A program made the position numbers and the translations under genes. A stretch of DNA of 64,000 nucleotides from positions 64,978,001 to 65,042,000 of the forward strand of contig NC_087436.1 in assembly GCF_036321535.1 (NCBI RefSeq). Reading direction: 5' to 3'. How positions within the stretch are numbered: the stretch's first letter is position 1; the number at the start of each line of letters is the position of its first letter. The notes below the pieces were generated by a model. The model worked only from the letters and a program-made list of their open reading frames with translations, was not told the origin of the DNA and searched no databases. This DNA comes from Camelus dromedarius (Eukaryota). This document shows positions 14,301 through 26,735 of this stretch, in pieces.

Positions 14301-14566
14301 TTTTGCTGTGTCCCAGGGTGGGTGAGTCTGTGTTTAGGTTCTTCAATAATATCCCTTTCTACTGCAGATAGGGGATGGAATTTCCATGGATATCATCAAT
14401 CCATCTTTCCTACTCATTTCTATGTGGTCTCCCTATACACAGAAATTGTTAAATCAGCCCTCAGGTCTTCTTCAGGAGGAACTGCTCTATGTATAGGCTG
14501 CGATTCACTGTGTCAGTGGGAGGAGGTGGCCTCAGGATCTTCCTATGCTATCATCTTAGACCCCTC
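8343..14566 (-). mobile_element. Full-length (~6.2 kb) decayed LINE-1, L1MA9-like 3' end, with TSD
   Basis: ORF2 peptides on the minus strand (e.g. 9849-10052 [17 protein letters not shown]; 8999-9226 [22 protein letters not shown]). The 5' end reads GGAGGGGTCTAAGATGATAGC. TSD ctgtccaatcacttt (8328-8342) / ctatccaatcacttt (14567-14581). ORFs broken by many stops and frameshifts. Confidence 0.95.
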
Positions 14567-14581
14567 CTATCCAATCACTTT

Positions 14582-15300
14582 CTATAATTTCAAATTTCCA
14601 CGCTTGGCATTCATTTTTATTTATGAACATAACAAGCATAACTGTTTTATAGTTTAGTTACTTGTAACTTTAGTGTCTATATTCCTTCTGTGTCTTTTGT
14701 ATTTCTGTGTCTTTCTGTGTGCCCACTGCTTATTTGAAAAAAAAATTTTGTAGTAATTATTTAATGATAGGCTATATTTTTTTACCTTTAAAGAATTATG
14801 CTAGACATGTGGGACATTAGCAATTCAATTTTTCCTTAATTTAACTTTAATTTTCAAAATTTTCTGACCTATCCAAATGATTTGAAGACTGGTAACAATA
14901 GAGTTAGTCTCACTTAATCTTATTCCTAGGGTATAACCATTTCACAATCAGCCCAAAGTAGTAGGAATGATTTAGCATTTATCCATCTTTGTGAACCCTA
15001 AAGACAGTGGATCCAAATGTTTGTTCTCCTAGTCCTTTGAGGCTATAAAATTTTCAACACAGACTTCCCATCTTACCTTCTGAAAAGGAGAATGATCTTA
15101 GAGCAAAAGCAAGCTAAATGTAGCACTCACTCCACTTATCTGAATTCCAAAGTATTCAGTCTCACTTAGCCTGCTAATTCTTCTGTTTTTATTTTTGTCC
15201 AGTAAACCTAAGAATTTCTGTTTGTAATTTGTCCAGCTTGTAAAGTTGCTTTCAATGGGAGAGTTGGTAAAAAAAAATACTTGAACAATTATTACTGAAA
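14582..15300 (-). mobile_element. Continuation (5' part) of the ancient L1 split by the 8343-14566 insertion
   Basis: Same decayed T-rich L1-like character resumes directly after the TSD; end approximate. Confidence 0.45.
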
Positions 15301-15539
15301 ATAAAGTTATTTTGGAAATTTTAATTTTCTCTTTTTAGAGTGATCAAATATTACAGGGAGCCAGTTAGATCTGGGGATCTTAGCTTAATTTAACTATAGT
15401 TCCTATCCTTACAAGGACCCAAATACCTTAATTTCTGCCTCCATGAGCCATTGAAATTTATCCTTACAAGGACCATTGAGTCAAGATCAGATTTTGATAT
15501 CCTTAAGGTACAATGGCATCGCTGAGTTAATTTATCTCT

Positions 15540-15672
15540 CTTGCTTTATATTCCTTCCTTCCTTATTCACAGTGGAGTTTTCTTTCCTTTTCTCCCTCCC
15601 TCCTTTCTTCTCTCTCTTCCCTCCTTCCTCCCTTCTCTTCTTCTTTCCTTCCTTCTTTTCTTCTTTTTCCTT
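15540..15672. repeat. CT-rich low-complexity (polypyrimidine) tract
   Basis: Near-pure C/T sequence; explains spurious ORFs 15476-15841, 15532-15717 and 15541-15747. Confidence 0.85.
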
Positions 15673-16499
15673 GTTACTCAACTCAACCATTGCTTTTGTT
15701 GTTGTTGTCCAGAACATCTATGTTTGCCCAGAAGAGAACTATGGTAGCTCAATATGCCATGTTGCCAATATCAGAAGTGTCAGTGTAAGAATAAAACAAT
15801 ACTTTAAAAATTTTTTTACATTTGGTCTATTAACTACATAAGTCTCTACAAATTATACTCATTTTTCAGATGTTTATTTAGCAGTGTGATATCAAGATGG
15901 CAAACTGGCATGAGCTGTTGGATTCCTCCATCAAAATCACTGTGGAAACTAAAGAAGTGAAAGAGATATGTAGACTCTGGGAATTAAAATCTACAACAGA
16001 AATAACTATGAGAAACCTCTGTAGAAACCGAAGGTTGACATGAGTTTTTGAGACAGTAACTGATAGATGGAGGAAATGAGTTGAGAGCAATCTGTTCCAA
16101 AACTAAGAATTCTGTTCTTCTCTCTCTACTCACACAACTTCTTTTAGATGGTCAGTGGTCATTGACTGTGCTTTCATTTCCTTAAGTTCTACCACTGGTT
16201 CACATGACCAAGTGTAATGTCAGGATAGCACAAAAAAGTCCTGCAGTTGTAAGGAGTTGATGAAAGCAGTACAATTGCAACAGTGTTCCTAGGAATTTAC
16301 TCTTCAATCTTTCTCCCTTGATTTCCATTATTGGTGAATTATAACCTAAGGAGGTTTCTTCTTCTCAAAGCTGCTTTTTCCTAAACACTTAATAGAGAGT
16401 TTTTGAATACAGGAGTTGCCTCATGAGTGCCAGCCAAAGGCAGTGATCAGTGTTGTTTTTTAGGGCCTAGGGCTCTCTGCTCTGAGTGCATCCCTTCTA

Positions 16500-16646
16500 T
16501 TTGTTTTTGTTTGTTTGTTTTTTGTTTGTTTTATTTAGGATGGGAGGTAATTAGATTTATTTATTTTTTAATGGAAGTTCTGGGAATAGAACCGAGGACC
16601 TCATGTATGCTAGGCATGCAGTCTACCACTGAGCTATACCCTCCCA
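16500..16646 (-). mobile_element. tRNA-derived SINE, camelid type, with extended tail
   Basis: Reverse complement reads GGGAGGGTATAGCTCAGTGGTAGA...GAGGTCCTCGGTTCTATTCCCAG (A/B boxes), then 'ccattaaaaaataaataaatctaattacctccc' and an (AAAC)n tail. Confidence 0.9.
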
Positions 16647-17089
16647 CCTTCTCTCTTTCTAAACTCCTCAGTACTAATAAATACTGGTCTGGCCTTTGGA
16701 CCTTCCCCAATATACATCACCAGACAAAATAATTCATACCCTGGGGAAGTATGTCCTCACAGGACAAAACAACTAGACAATTGATGAATACAACACACTC
16801 AGGAGAAAAACAGCAAATCATTGTATTCTTATCCCATCAAAAGAATAATTTTTGTATTTGAAGGCTGATGTATGATATCATTTAGTTAGAAGATTGGTCT
16901 TTCTTGTAAGTCTTTTCTTTTTCAGTGTAAATTTAATGTTTTGTAGATTTGCTATAGGATGTAATGCCAGAGAGCATTATGTGTAGGAAGGAAGTTATAA
17001 TCAGTTTGATTAGAGTGAGTTACCGCTAAAGATATGTCTTGAACCACAAGTACCATTATTATCATAAAATTACGTGTGGTGGTGATAAA

Positions 17090-17270
17090 AATAGTTACCA
17101 TATATGGAGTGCTCATACACTGGACACTGTTAGGCAGATGTTACACATTATTTTAATCCTTGGGTAAGTACTATTTTTTCAAACAAGGAACTTGGGGTTT
17201 AGAAGTTTAAGTGACTTGTCCAGGTCCAAATTAAGAAGGAATTTTTCACTTCTCAACCTGGTCAAAGCAG
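17090..17270 (-). mobile_element. MIR SINE
   Basis: 'ggaacttggggtttagaagtttaagtgacttgtccagg' MIR core. Confidence 0.65.
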
Positions 17271-18799
17271 TCCTTCGGGAATCATCTCATGCTAAAAATT
17301 CAGTTTTGTGTGGTGAAGAAGGTACTATTTTTACTATTATCTGACAGTGATGGGAAAAGGAGGAAAAAGGAGATTTCCAAACAGTTGGTGCTAATAAAGC
17401 AGAAGACATAAAGTACATGCAATGAGGACTGATCCATAAATATTTTCTCTGTATTCTCAAGCCAAGTCTCCATCTGACCTGAAGTCATTATGTTCCATTT
17501 TGTGAGTTTTCTCACTCTTCCAGACTTGCCTTCAATAGTGTTTAAACTTGCATCCACCCCAGAGTGGAATTTTTCTGGGCTCTGTATCTAGCTGGAGACA
17601 ACTAGGAATTTCTAGTTTGTTCATGGCAGGTTCAGAACTGCTGTTACGCAGCCTAATGCTTGGAGCAATGGGTGTAAAGAAACAGTACCAACTAACAATA
17701 TGAAAATCTGAGTAGTCCTGGGTAATAATTTTACACATCTTCCCCTCTGGCTGCTATAAAGTGAGGAGGGTAGGCCTTAGGAACCAGGATGGGTTCTCAT
17801 CTGTCTTAATCCTCTTTGACAGCACAATATGTGCTCCTCTAGGCTATATACCCCTTATGTTACCAAAAGTTGATTTCATGCCAGGAGGTAAATATGGTGA
17901 ACAAAAGCAAGGTGTTACTAGTTTCATATATTTTATTTAAATAAAATTATAATTCTTAGTGCCACCAAAATCAGCTTGCAAAGTTTAAACTTTTCTTTGT
18001 AAACTTAGAATTCTTCTTTAAAAGACTTCTAGATGGAATTGTGATGGTTGTCTCAAGGTGGGAGGGTGTTGTGATAATACGCTGAAGTCCACTCCCAGCT
18101 GTTTGTAATTGTTTTATGAGTTACATCTTGATTTTCATGATTTAGCCTCTTGGAAATTAAACATTTATTTTAACAGTTACATATCAATCACAGTATGATC
18201 TGTAAGTTTGTGGGAAAAGAAAAACAATGTAAGGTGAGAAATATTGGAATATTTATCTTAGACATTCAAAGTTTTGCCAAGAAATCTCTGAAGACTGCAT
18301 CCCTGAAACAATCTTATTCTGTCATCCTGGGGGTTTATTTGTTCTACAACTTCAGGATTTAAGGGAGGACAGCTTCTTTGGTAAACATCCTCTAGCAGTT
18401 GATGTTTTGGGGAATAATAAACCTAATTCTTCTGTGTTGCTTTATTTTAGTCCCAGGAATATACTAAATATTATTATAACAATGCCTTTCTTTGGCATCA
18501 AATCTTTGCTTATATTATACCATAACATTTGTATTAATAACTTCTAAAAGTGTTATTATAGTAAACTATTTGTTTCAAACTGAATTTCTCTACAGTTTTA
18601 CTATTGTTCGGGTTTTGATACATACAAGATAGAATAGTCTCAAGCAAACCATTGGCAGATGTTGCTAATTTCATTGCTGGGATTGTTTCATTGAACGTTT
18701 CAAGGAAAATGCTCACACCATTTAATCATGAGTTGTTTATCTCAGTAGCCCAAAACTGTAAAGCCAATTGATTAGTTTCTATCAGCAGAGGGAGGCAAA

Positions 18800-19060
18800 T
18801 AATTGTATCAGAGTGACGTAATATAAGGACTTGACCAGCTTTTATTAGTTTTGAAGATAGAAATGGGCCAGGAACCAAGAAATGTGGACAGCTTCTAGGA
18901 ACTACAAAGGCAAGAAATCAGATTCATCGCTACAGCCTCCAGAAAAGTATGACGTCCTACAGACATCCTGATTTTAGCCCAATCATACCTATTTCAGACT
19001 TGTGACTTCCAGAACTATGTGTTTGTGTAACTTGTTACAGTAGCAATAGAAATGTAATAT
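18800..19060 (+). mobile_element. MaLR LTR 3' half (MLT1D-like)
   Basis: 'ggccaggaaccaagaaatgtggacagcttctagga...aaaggcaagaaatcagattc...cagcctccaga...ttgttacagtagcaatagaaa'. Confidence 0.8.
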
Positions 19061-19660
19061 AGAGCCTGAGTCAAATAAATCCTGAAAAATCTGGACATTT
19101 CTCTTTCCCAAGTGCACAGTTATCTTGGTTAAAAGCAGCAAATTCTTTTGTGAAAGAAAATTTATAGCAAGGACTCGTGATCTTATTGCTTATTTCTTTT
19201 TTAAGGGTACTCAATCTCCTCTTCATTCAAGGCACTCTGGATCTTTGAAATGAGTTAAAGGTTCTTGGTCTCTGTTTTGATACCTGAAGTCAGGCCTTGT
19301 TCATCTGAACTAGAAGTCTTTCATATATATTGATATAGTGGGACCTTCTTAGGCTTTTTATCAAGATTGATTTTAGAAACCACTAAACACATCTGCATGC
19401 CAAACAATTCTGATTACTACTCTGCCCTTGTTTTCTACTATGGTACCAGTACCCTCCTTGTCTTGCCATTAAATGTTGCTATTTGGCATCATCCTGAACT
19501 TCACAATACTCGTGGAACTCACTGCAATGATATTATCTCCTGTATTTATCTATGGTCTACACTGGAGAGCCACCATGGTGGTTTTTTTTTTTTTTTCAAG
19601 AATACCATCAATGTAATTCTTAATGAAGTTTTGAAACAAAATCTTATGCAATCTGTCATA

Positions 19661-20045
19661 TGTCTTAGTTCAGGATGCTATAATAAAATACTATACACTG
19701 AGTGGTTTAAACTACACATATTTATTTCTCATAGTTCTGGAGGCCAGGAAGTCTAAGATCAAGATGCTGGCAGATTCACTGTCTGGGAGGGCTCTCTTCC
19801 TGGTTTGCAGGCAGCTCCCATCTTGCTGTATGCTCACATGGGGACAGGAAGGCAGGGGAATGAGAGAGAGAGAGAGGGAGAGAGAGAGAACACTCTCTGA
19901 TCTCTTCTTATAAGGGCACTGTCCTCATGACCTCACCTAAACCCACTTATCTCCCAAAGGTCCCACTTCTCAATCCCATCACGTTGGGGTGTAGGGTCTC
20001 AACATATGAATTTTGGGGAACAAAAACTTTCAGCCCAAAACACAG
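19661..20045 (-). mobile_element. MaLR solo LTR (MLT1A/B-like)
   Basis: 'tgtcttagttcaggatgctataataaaatac...atttctcatagttctggaggccaggaagtctaagatcaagatgctggcagatt...tcaacatatgaattttggggaa'; internal (AG)n. Confidence 0.9.
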
Positions 20046-21329
20046 CCTTTCTGGAGAAAGGATAAGGGCTGTCTGTGTGTGTTGTTCATTATGCATCTAC
20101 TCCAGCAACACTATATTACTAAAGCTTAGGGTCTAGCAAAGATTTGGGTGCATTCAATTTCATTTACAATAGAGCTAAAAGGTATCAACTAACTGTCCAA
20201 GCAAGAGATAGAATCCTACTTCTTGAGTTTATGTATTGAATTTAGTCAGAAGCAGCCTGCCTCTCCAGGGTTCTTTAATTCATTGTGTTTCTCTTAGTCA
20301 TCTGTCATGACGGCCATCATTCTGCCAAAGCTTTCTTTAGATCATTTTATTTCATGTGCCTACAGTTTTAATGCAACTAAACCACTATGTCTTATATACC
20401 ATTGGTTAATAGTCCCATCTTCTAATGTCAACTGGATTCAGTGATCTCAATTAGGTTAGAAAAATAATCCAAGTTTTCTCATTGCTTGATGATCTGTTGT
20501 TGACCATAACTTTTGTCCCTAACTTGCTTCTTAGTTAGAATTTTTACTTTCAGGCAACTGTATCCACCGTAGCTAGTTTTGTGGGTAGGGATTTATCAGA
20601 AAACATGAGTTATCTGATAAAATTTCTAGGAGAATCAGGGACCCAGGTTTTCATGATGCAAAAGAAGTATAGATATGATAATGCATCCAACTGTCATATG
20701 GTTAGTTAGACAAAATCTTTCTGTTATTACTGCCTACCTTAAGAGACTCATAAAGGAGAGGAAAAATGGAAAGGGTCAGGAGGAGGAAGGAACCTCTGTT
20801 ACAGCTGTTGCAAAATAATTAAATGCCTCTCTACAGTGATCGTCAGGAGAGCCACTCATGATTGACTTATCTTACTCTTTTTGCTTTCCAATTCCCATGT
20901 AGATATATTTGCTTAGTAGAACCTAAGTCATCTGGGGATCCTGAGCTACAAAATAGTCTTAGGAAATTTAATCTTTTTCTTTTTTTGCAAAATAACGTGG
21001 TTTATTTACAGTTGTCTGTTACAGCAGCATAACCTATTTTATCCTGACTATAATGGAGTAGTATATGTATGTGTGTGTACACATTTATACACATACACAC
21101 AGAGATACACTCACACAAATGAAATACATATTGGCATATATTCTTTTGTGATTTCTTTTTGCTAAGAAATATGTTTATTGTTCAAAAGTTGTTGAACACC
21201 AGCTATATCTTTGCACTTTTCTAGATGTTGATGCTACATTAATGAATAAAACAGAAAAAAGCCCACTTTCAGTGGAATTAATTTATATGGATTTTTTCCA
21301 TGTGTATATGTATATATTTACCATATTAT

Positions 21330-21590
21330 TTTTTCTTTCTCTACCGTCTTAACCATTTTTGAGTCTATAGTTTCATAGTGCTAAGTATATTCACATTTTT
21401 ATGAAATAGAGCCCCAGAACTTTACCATCTTGCAAAATGGAAACTCTGTATCTATGAAACAATTCTTTCTCTTCTCTTCCCAGCACCTGATAAACCACCA
21501 TTCTATTTTCTGTTTCTATGAATTTGACTACATTAATTACCTCATATAAGTGGAATTACATATTTGTCATTCTATGACTGGGTTACTGAA
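21330..21590 (-). mobile_element. L1 (L1MB-like) 3' UTR fragment
   Basis: 'ccccagaactttaccatcttgcaaaatggaaactctgt...tctgtttctatgaatttgact...cctcatataagtggaat'. Confidence 0.8.
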
Positions 21591-21769
21591 AATTTAGTCT
21601 TAGTTTTCTAATCTCCAGTATACAGCAAGGTATAGTAGAAGAAGATTGGAGGATTTTATTGAGTTAATCTCCAGTGTTTTCCATGGTTATTCTTTTAACT
21701 TTTCTTCATTGAAATAGAAAGTGAAATCAAATGCAATTTTTTTTTTTAAAAAGGGGAGCTAAAGAGGGC

Positions 21770-22050
21770 TACTTTAGTTTGGGTTCTCCAAAAGTGGACC
21801 ATGAGAAAGAGGTTGTTGTACAAGGGATTAATCCAGGAAGTTCTCTTAAGAGAACTATGTAGGATTATAATGAAAGCAGGCTAGAGCAGAGGAATAAGGT
21901 GGGCAAAGATGACTATCAGAGATGTATAGCCTCAGCCTGATTTCATAGTAGTTGTGGAATGTGATCCCACCAACACTTCATCATGGGAGTAGGGCTGCTA
22001 TAGCTCCACATCAGTGAGTCACTGGCTGGTAAAGACCCAGGGGATGGGAA
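21770..22050. mobile_element. Old ERVL-type LTR fragment (LTR16/LTR33-like)
   Basis: 'tagtttgggttctccaaaagtggaccatgaga...gtacaagggattaatccaggaag' resembles ERVL LTR termini. Confidence 0.4.
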
Positions 22051-22369
22051 TTCCTATCAATTAAAGACGATGTGATTCAAAAGGAAAAGATGCAAGTCTG
22101 AGTCGAAAGGAAGGAAAGAAGGAAGGAAGGAAGGAAGAGAAAGATTCATGGGAATACACACATACATACACCGCACACACATACATACATATAACTTAGA
22201 AAGAGATGATGGGTATGTATTTATTTCGCAGCAATGCTTAAATAATGTGATAAGGATCAGTGACAATCTAGGAGGAAAATTGAAATGGTATATCTTAAAT
22301 AATTTTCTGTAAATAGTTTTAGCCAGGACTACAGTTGTAAGCTATTGTTCTATAGGAACACAACTAGGC

Positions 22370-22580
22370 GGGAAAGATAATACAAGTGTTAGAAACAATA
22401 TGTAAAATTATTTCATTCATTCAGTATAAGTCTAGGAATTTTGTTGGTGAATCCTAGGCATTATGATACATGTTGAGAAAAAGTTATAATCAATATAAGC
22501 AGTGGTCTAATACCAATAAAATGAAATGTAGCAAGGTAAATGTAGAGCCCTGCATTCACATTTTAAAAATAAATTGGGCT
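22370..22580 (+). mobile_element. CR1/L3 fragment
   Basis: 'aataaaatgaaatgtagcaaggtaaatgtagagccctgcatt' resembles the CR1 RT C-terminal 'MKFNxxKCKVLH' region. Confidence 0.45.
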
Positions 22581-22644
22581 AAACACTTTTCATAACCATG
22601 TTCTCTAGGAAATTCCTAGAGATAACAATAAGTTCTGGACAAAA

Positions 22645-22921
22645 TACAAGAATGTGGAGAAAAGGAAATCCTCAAACACTGTTGGTGGAACTATAAATCG
22701 GTGGAGACACTGAAAAACAGTATAAAGATTCCTCAAAAAATTAAGAATAAAAGTACCATATGGCCCAGCTTTTCTATTTTTGAATATTTTTCAAAAGAAT
22801 AAGAAAACACTTATTTGAAAAGATAAATGCACCTATGTGTTCATTGCGGCATTTTTAACACAGGCAAGATATGGAAACAACCTAACTATCCATCAGTGGA
22901 TGAATGCATAAAGAAGATGTG

Positions 22922-22974
<53 letters not shown>

Positions 22975-23318
22975 AGAATACTACTCAGTCACAAAAAGCA
23001 ATGAAATCCAACCATTGTGGACAACATGGATAGACTTGAAATGTATTAGGCTAAGTGAAATAAGTCAGATGGAGAAACATAAATACCATATTATTTCACT
23101 CATATGTGGAATATAAAAAAAGCAAATAAATTCATAGATACAGAGAACAGCTTAGTGGTTACCAGAGGGGAAGGAGTTGGGGGTTGGGCATAATGGGTAA
23201 AGGGGGTCAACTGCATGGGGATAGATAGTAACTAATCTTATGGTCAGGATCATTTTGTGGTACATACAGATGTCAAATTACAATGCTGTACACTTGAAAC
23301 TTCTATAATGAAAATAAA
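22645..23318 (+). mobile_element. L1 3' end (L1MA9-like) with internal (CA)n at 22924-22971
   Basis: ORF2 C-terminal remnant (IEYYSVTKSNEIQPLWTTWIDLKCIRLSEISQMEKHKYHIISLICGI) followed by 3' UTR. Confidence 0.9.
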
Positions 23319-23319
23319 T

Positions 23320-23500
23320 AATTTCAAATCATATAGAGTATGTTTTCTTATCACAGGAATTAAATTGGAAATCAGTAACAATAAGATGCCTAGGAAAACC
23401 TCAAAACACTTAGAAATTAAATAACACATTTAATTCTAAATAATACATAGGTCAAGGAAAGCATCACATATGAATTTATAAAATATTCCAAACTTGTATA
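23320..23500 (+). mobile_element. Separate L1 ORF2 (endonuclease-region) fragment
   Basis: 'tatcacaggaattaaattggaaatcagtaac...gaaattaaataacac' corresponds to the SDHxxIKLEI...KLNN region of L1 ORF2. Confidence 0.65.
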
Positions 23501-23544
23501 AATGTGTATACAACATAAGAAAATCTGATCCACTGCCTAGTGAT

Positions 23545-23693
23545 TGGAACACAGCCCACCTGTTTGTATTGACTGGCTGCTTCCCTTCTACCATGGCAGG
23601 ATAGAGTAGTTGGGACAAAGACCATACAGAGTGGCCACAAAATCTAAAGTAGTTCTTATCTGGTCCTTTACAGAAGCAGTTTGCCAACTTCTG
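23545..23693. mobile_element. hAT-Charlie MITE (MER58-like), partial
   Basis: 'gagtagttgggacaaagaccat...tatctggtcctttacagaagcagtttgccaacttctg'. Confidence 0.75.
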
Positions 23694-24802
23694 TCTTACG
23701 CTATCATTCAGAACATTTACCTCTTTTGGTAATGGGGGTAGTGGATTTTAACACTAATTATCTGGTTTCAACACCTATACTAATTAAAAGTCACAAATGT
23801 CACCATCAAAATTTCATGAAAGCTGTGGGTTTCAGGCTTAGGACACCAAAAGGGTTATTAATGTGCACCAAGTACTATAATGATACTGATTGGGTGCTGA
23901 CTGCAGACAGCATTGCTACACAGGACAGTAATTGAGTTCAGGGTTGTGGCCATATCCTATGTAAATGTTTTTGTTAATACACATACAATTCCAGTGTATT
24001 TTTTTAAAAACACAAAATATATGTAACTATTAAAATATCTCCTTTGAAAATGGCTGAAAAAAAGGAAAGAAAGAGAACTTGGAAAGAAAACTCTAAACTA
24101 TGTTGGAAAATATAATTCCAAATGTAATTATGCATTAGAACTTGAAGAGAAAGTCGATTTCTTTTTTGTTTGAGTTTAATTTCCTCCTAATTGATAAGAC
24201 AGTTGAGACTGAAGTCCCAAAGCCAAAGCAAAATTTGGTTTTAAAACGTAGATGTAACTAATTAACATTCAATACATAGAGGAATCCAATCTATACAAAT
24301 TTATATATCAACTACCTTTACATGAGTTTTGTAAGACTTTTAGATGATTGCATACCTCTCATGTACCTGTGCCTGGCACATGATAGACATTCGATAATTA
24401 TAGTAGTATTTTTTATCATAATTATTTTCTAACACCATGAATTCTTTTCTAACATCCCCACTACTGTTACTGTGAGATAGTCTCTGTGACATAGACTACA
24501 TCAGAGAGTCTAGGATGGTGCTTGGTATATATTAGGTGTGAGATCTACCTCTGTGGTTTTTGTCCTTCTTGTGCTTATCTTTGAGAACAATAAGATAATT
24601 GTGAAACCCTAATAAAGATGCTTTATATTGACCCAATAGTGAACTGTCATAGGAAGAATTACACACATGCATGTATGTGTACGGCAGACTCATGATTCTT
24701 CAATATTAGAAGTGCTTTTATGGGAAAGATGGTAAACAACTCTTTGTGAAAGTCACAGGGTTTTAAGAAGACAGATGGATTTTTTTTTTATCCTACTATA
24801 AG

Positions 24803-24885
24803 GGCTAATGTATGTGTCGGTGACATTCTACGAACAAATGAACGATGCTTCTTCCGAGGCTGCTGAATTTGAAATCAGAAAAGAG
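24803..24885 (+). pseudogene. Candidate exon 1 of an unidentified decayed multi-exon gene (83 nt)
   Basis: Acceptor (t)n-atcctactataag, donor GAG|gtgata; four CpGs in CpG-poor DNA; its end frame (LLPRLLNLKSEKR) joins the next exon in phase 2. Confidence 0.45.
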
Positions 24886-25493
24886 GTGATATGTAGCACT
24901 CATCATGTAGCTAAATTAGGCTTACTAGCTACTAGATGATAAGATTTAGTTTAGGCAAGCAATCAATTTTGCAGCATATTTTTAATTTCTCCAGGTATTT
25001 GTAGGGATTGATTGCTTTTGTTCCACTAGGTAACATCACTGCATTATTTTAAATTTGCTATCATTAGCCGCAGGCACATGGAAAATATAAGAACTAAATG
25101 TTAAAAGAAAAGGTGACCTTTCATCTTAGAACACAGATAAATAGTAAATGAGCTTTCTAACCTCCAATATTGATGTTTCAAGGTAATTTAATAACAAGAC
25201 CCTTAACTAAAATACTGAAGTGTGGTACTATATATCACAGTTAGAGGCATTCACAGACTGTAAGGGCAATTAGTTACAGTGACTTTTCCAATCCCACCAT
25301 ATTAAATTCAATTAATCTATCATTGATTGAAAGATGCTTTGGTTTCATTAGACATTTCTAGGCATTGCAGTCTTTTATAAAACTTGTATATTCATTATTG
25401 TAGCCTGGAGAAACAGGTGTTTGTTTATTTATTTCCCAGACAAAAGTTCAGATATTATGTTTAGATTTTACAAAGGTTGTCTACTGGTCAAGT

Positions 25494-25495
<2 letters not shown>

Positions 25496-25557
<62 letters not shown>

Positions 25558-25590
25558 GGGGCAGAGAGAGAGAGAGAGAGAAAGAGAGAG
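25496..25590. repeat. (TG)~29 microsatellite followed by (AG)n
   Basis: Direct observation. Confidence 0.95.
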
Positions 25591-25681
25591 AATTTTATCG
25601 CTAAGTTTGTTTTTTCATTTTGACTTTGAAAACAAAAACCTTCACCCTACCCGCCTCCACCCTGCTGGCTTTTCACATTAG

Positions 25682-25816
25682 ACTATTGTCTTCAAGAACG
25701 CAGAAACTAGATTTTGGTATTTCTGATAACATGCAGTACTTTGCACAGCATTATGTTCCCATAGATATTAATTCTGATTCCAAAGAAGCAGCAGTTGATA
25801 TTAAAACTGTTACAAA
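25682..25816 (+). pseudogene. Candidate exon 2 (135 nt, open, phase 2-2)
   Basis: Acceptor ggcttttcacattag, donor AAA|gtaaag; open frame LLSSRTQKLDFGISDNMQYFAQHYVPIDINSDSKEAAVDIKTVT spans the whole exon and stops just inside the intron. Confidence 0.5.
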
Positions 25817-26190
25817 GTAAAGATGGGAAATGCATGGAACAAGAATTCATCTCAGTCATTCTAAGTGGCAGTCCTCCGGTGACATTTAGGTCATGTATCT
25901 TAGACATTAAGAATCCCAGCTTTGGAGTCACAGAAACATGAACTTGAGTCTCAGCTACTCTCAGTTTCTCTGCTGAGATTGCTGATATGTGCTCTTATTG
26001 GGCGAGGTAATTAAATCTTATTTTCTTCATCGATGAATGGGAAAAACAATAATACCTATTACATTTGCTTGTGTGAATTATTACTATCATTGTTATGTAA
26101 TTTTTCATGATATCTGCATAAGCAATTGCATTGTTGAAAATGGGTTCCATCTCTTAAGCTGTTTGAAACATGTCCAGCGCTCTGGCTAGT

Positions 26191-26735
26191 ATGTGGCAGA
26201 CAGAGAGAACTAAGGAAAGGGCACCTGCTTCTGCTAGCTGCCTACCAATTAGCCATTTGTCCTCTTATTTTTGCAAACAGGATGCTGATTTTATTCACGT
26301 TTAGGGGAAGAATTATGCTCTGCACAGGGCGTGACTATTGAATGACGCAGTCAATTATATTAATCCTATACCTTTTCACCTGGTGGAGGATTGAGCATAT
26401 GACCCTGTTGTGGCTATAAAGACAGAGGAGTAACGCTGCTGAGGGACTTTGGGGTAAAGTTTCCTCTCTAATTAAAAGAGAGAGGTGCATAAGGGAAGAG
26501 GGTCCTTCATTTCCTTCCCACCTTCGCCTTTCAACACAGTTACGTGTGACTGAGGCTTGTGGCAGCGGCAGGCAATTGTAAGTGAAGAGTCAGGAGAATC
26601 ATAAATGATGAAGAGGTCTGACATGGTTGAGCTGCTGAATTAACCTCTGGACTTCTTGTCATTCAAGATTTATTAATAGAACCGTGTGTTTCAGTCACTA
26701 ATGGTAGGTATGTTGTTTCTTGAAGCCAAAAGCAT
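26191..26735 (+). mobile_element. MaLR LTR (MLT1J-like)
   Basis: 'tgtggcagac...ctagctgcctacca...gagcatatgaccctgttgtggc...gagctgctgaattaacctctggacttcttgt...ttgaagccaaaagcatt'. Confidence 0.7.

Noticed and set aside
8658..14657. Many 60-120 aa ORFs on both strands
   Set aside because: All lie inside the decayed L1; minus ones are ORF2 or UTR fragments and plus ones are antisense artefacts.
15870..16035. Exon-like open frame QCDIKMANWHELLDSSIK...
   Set aside because: 'caagatggc' and what follows resemble old L1 5' ends, and the donor is weak.
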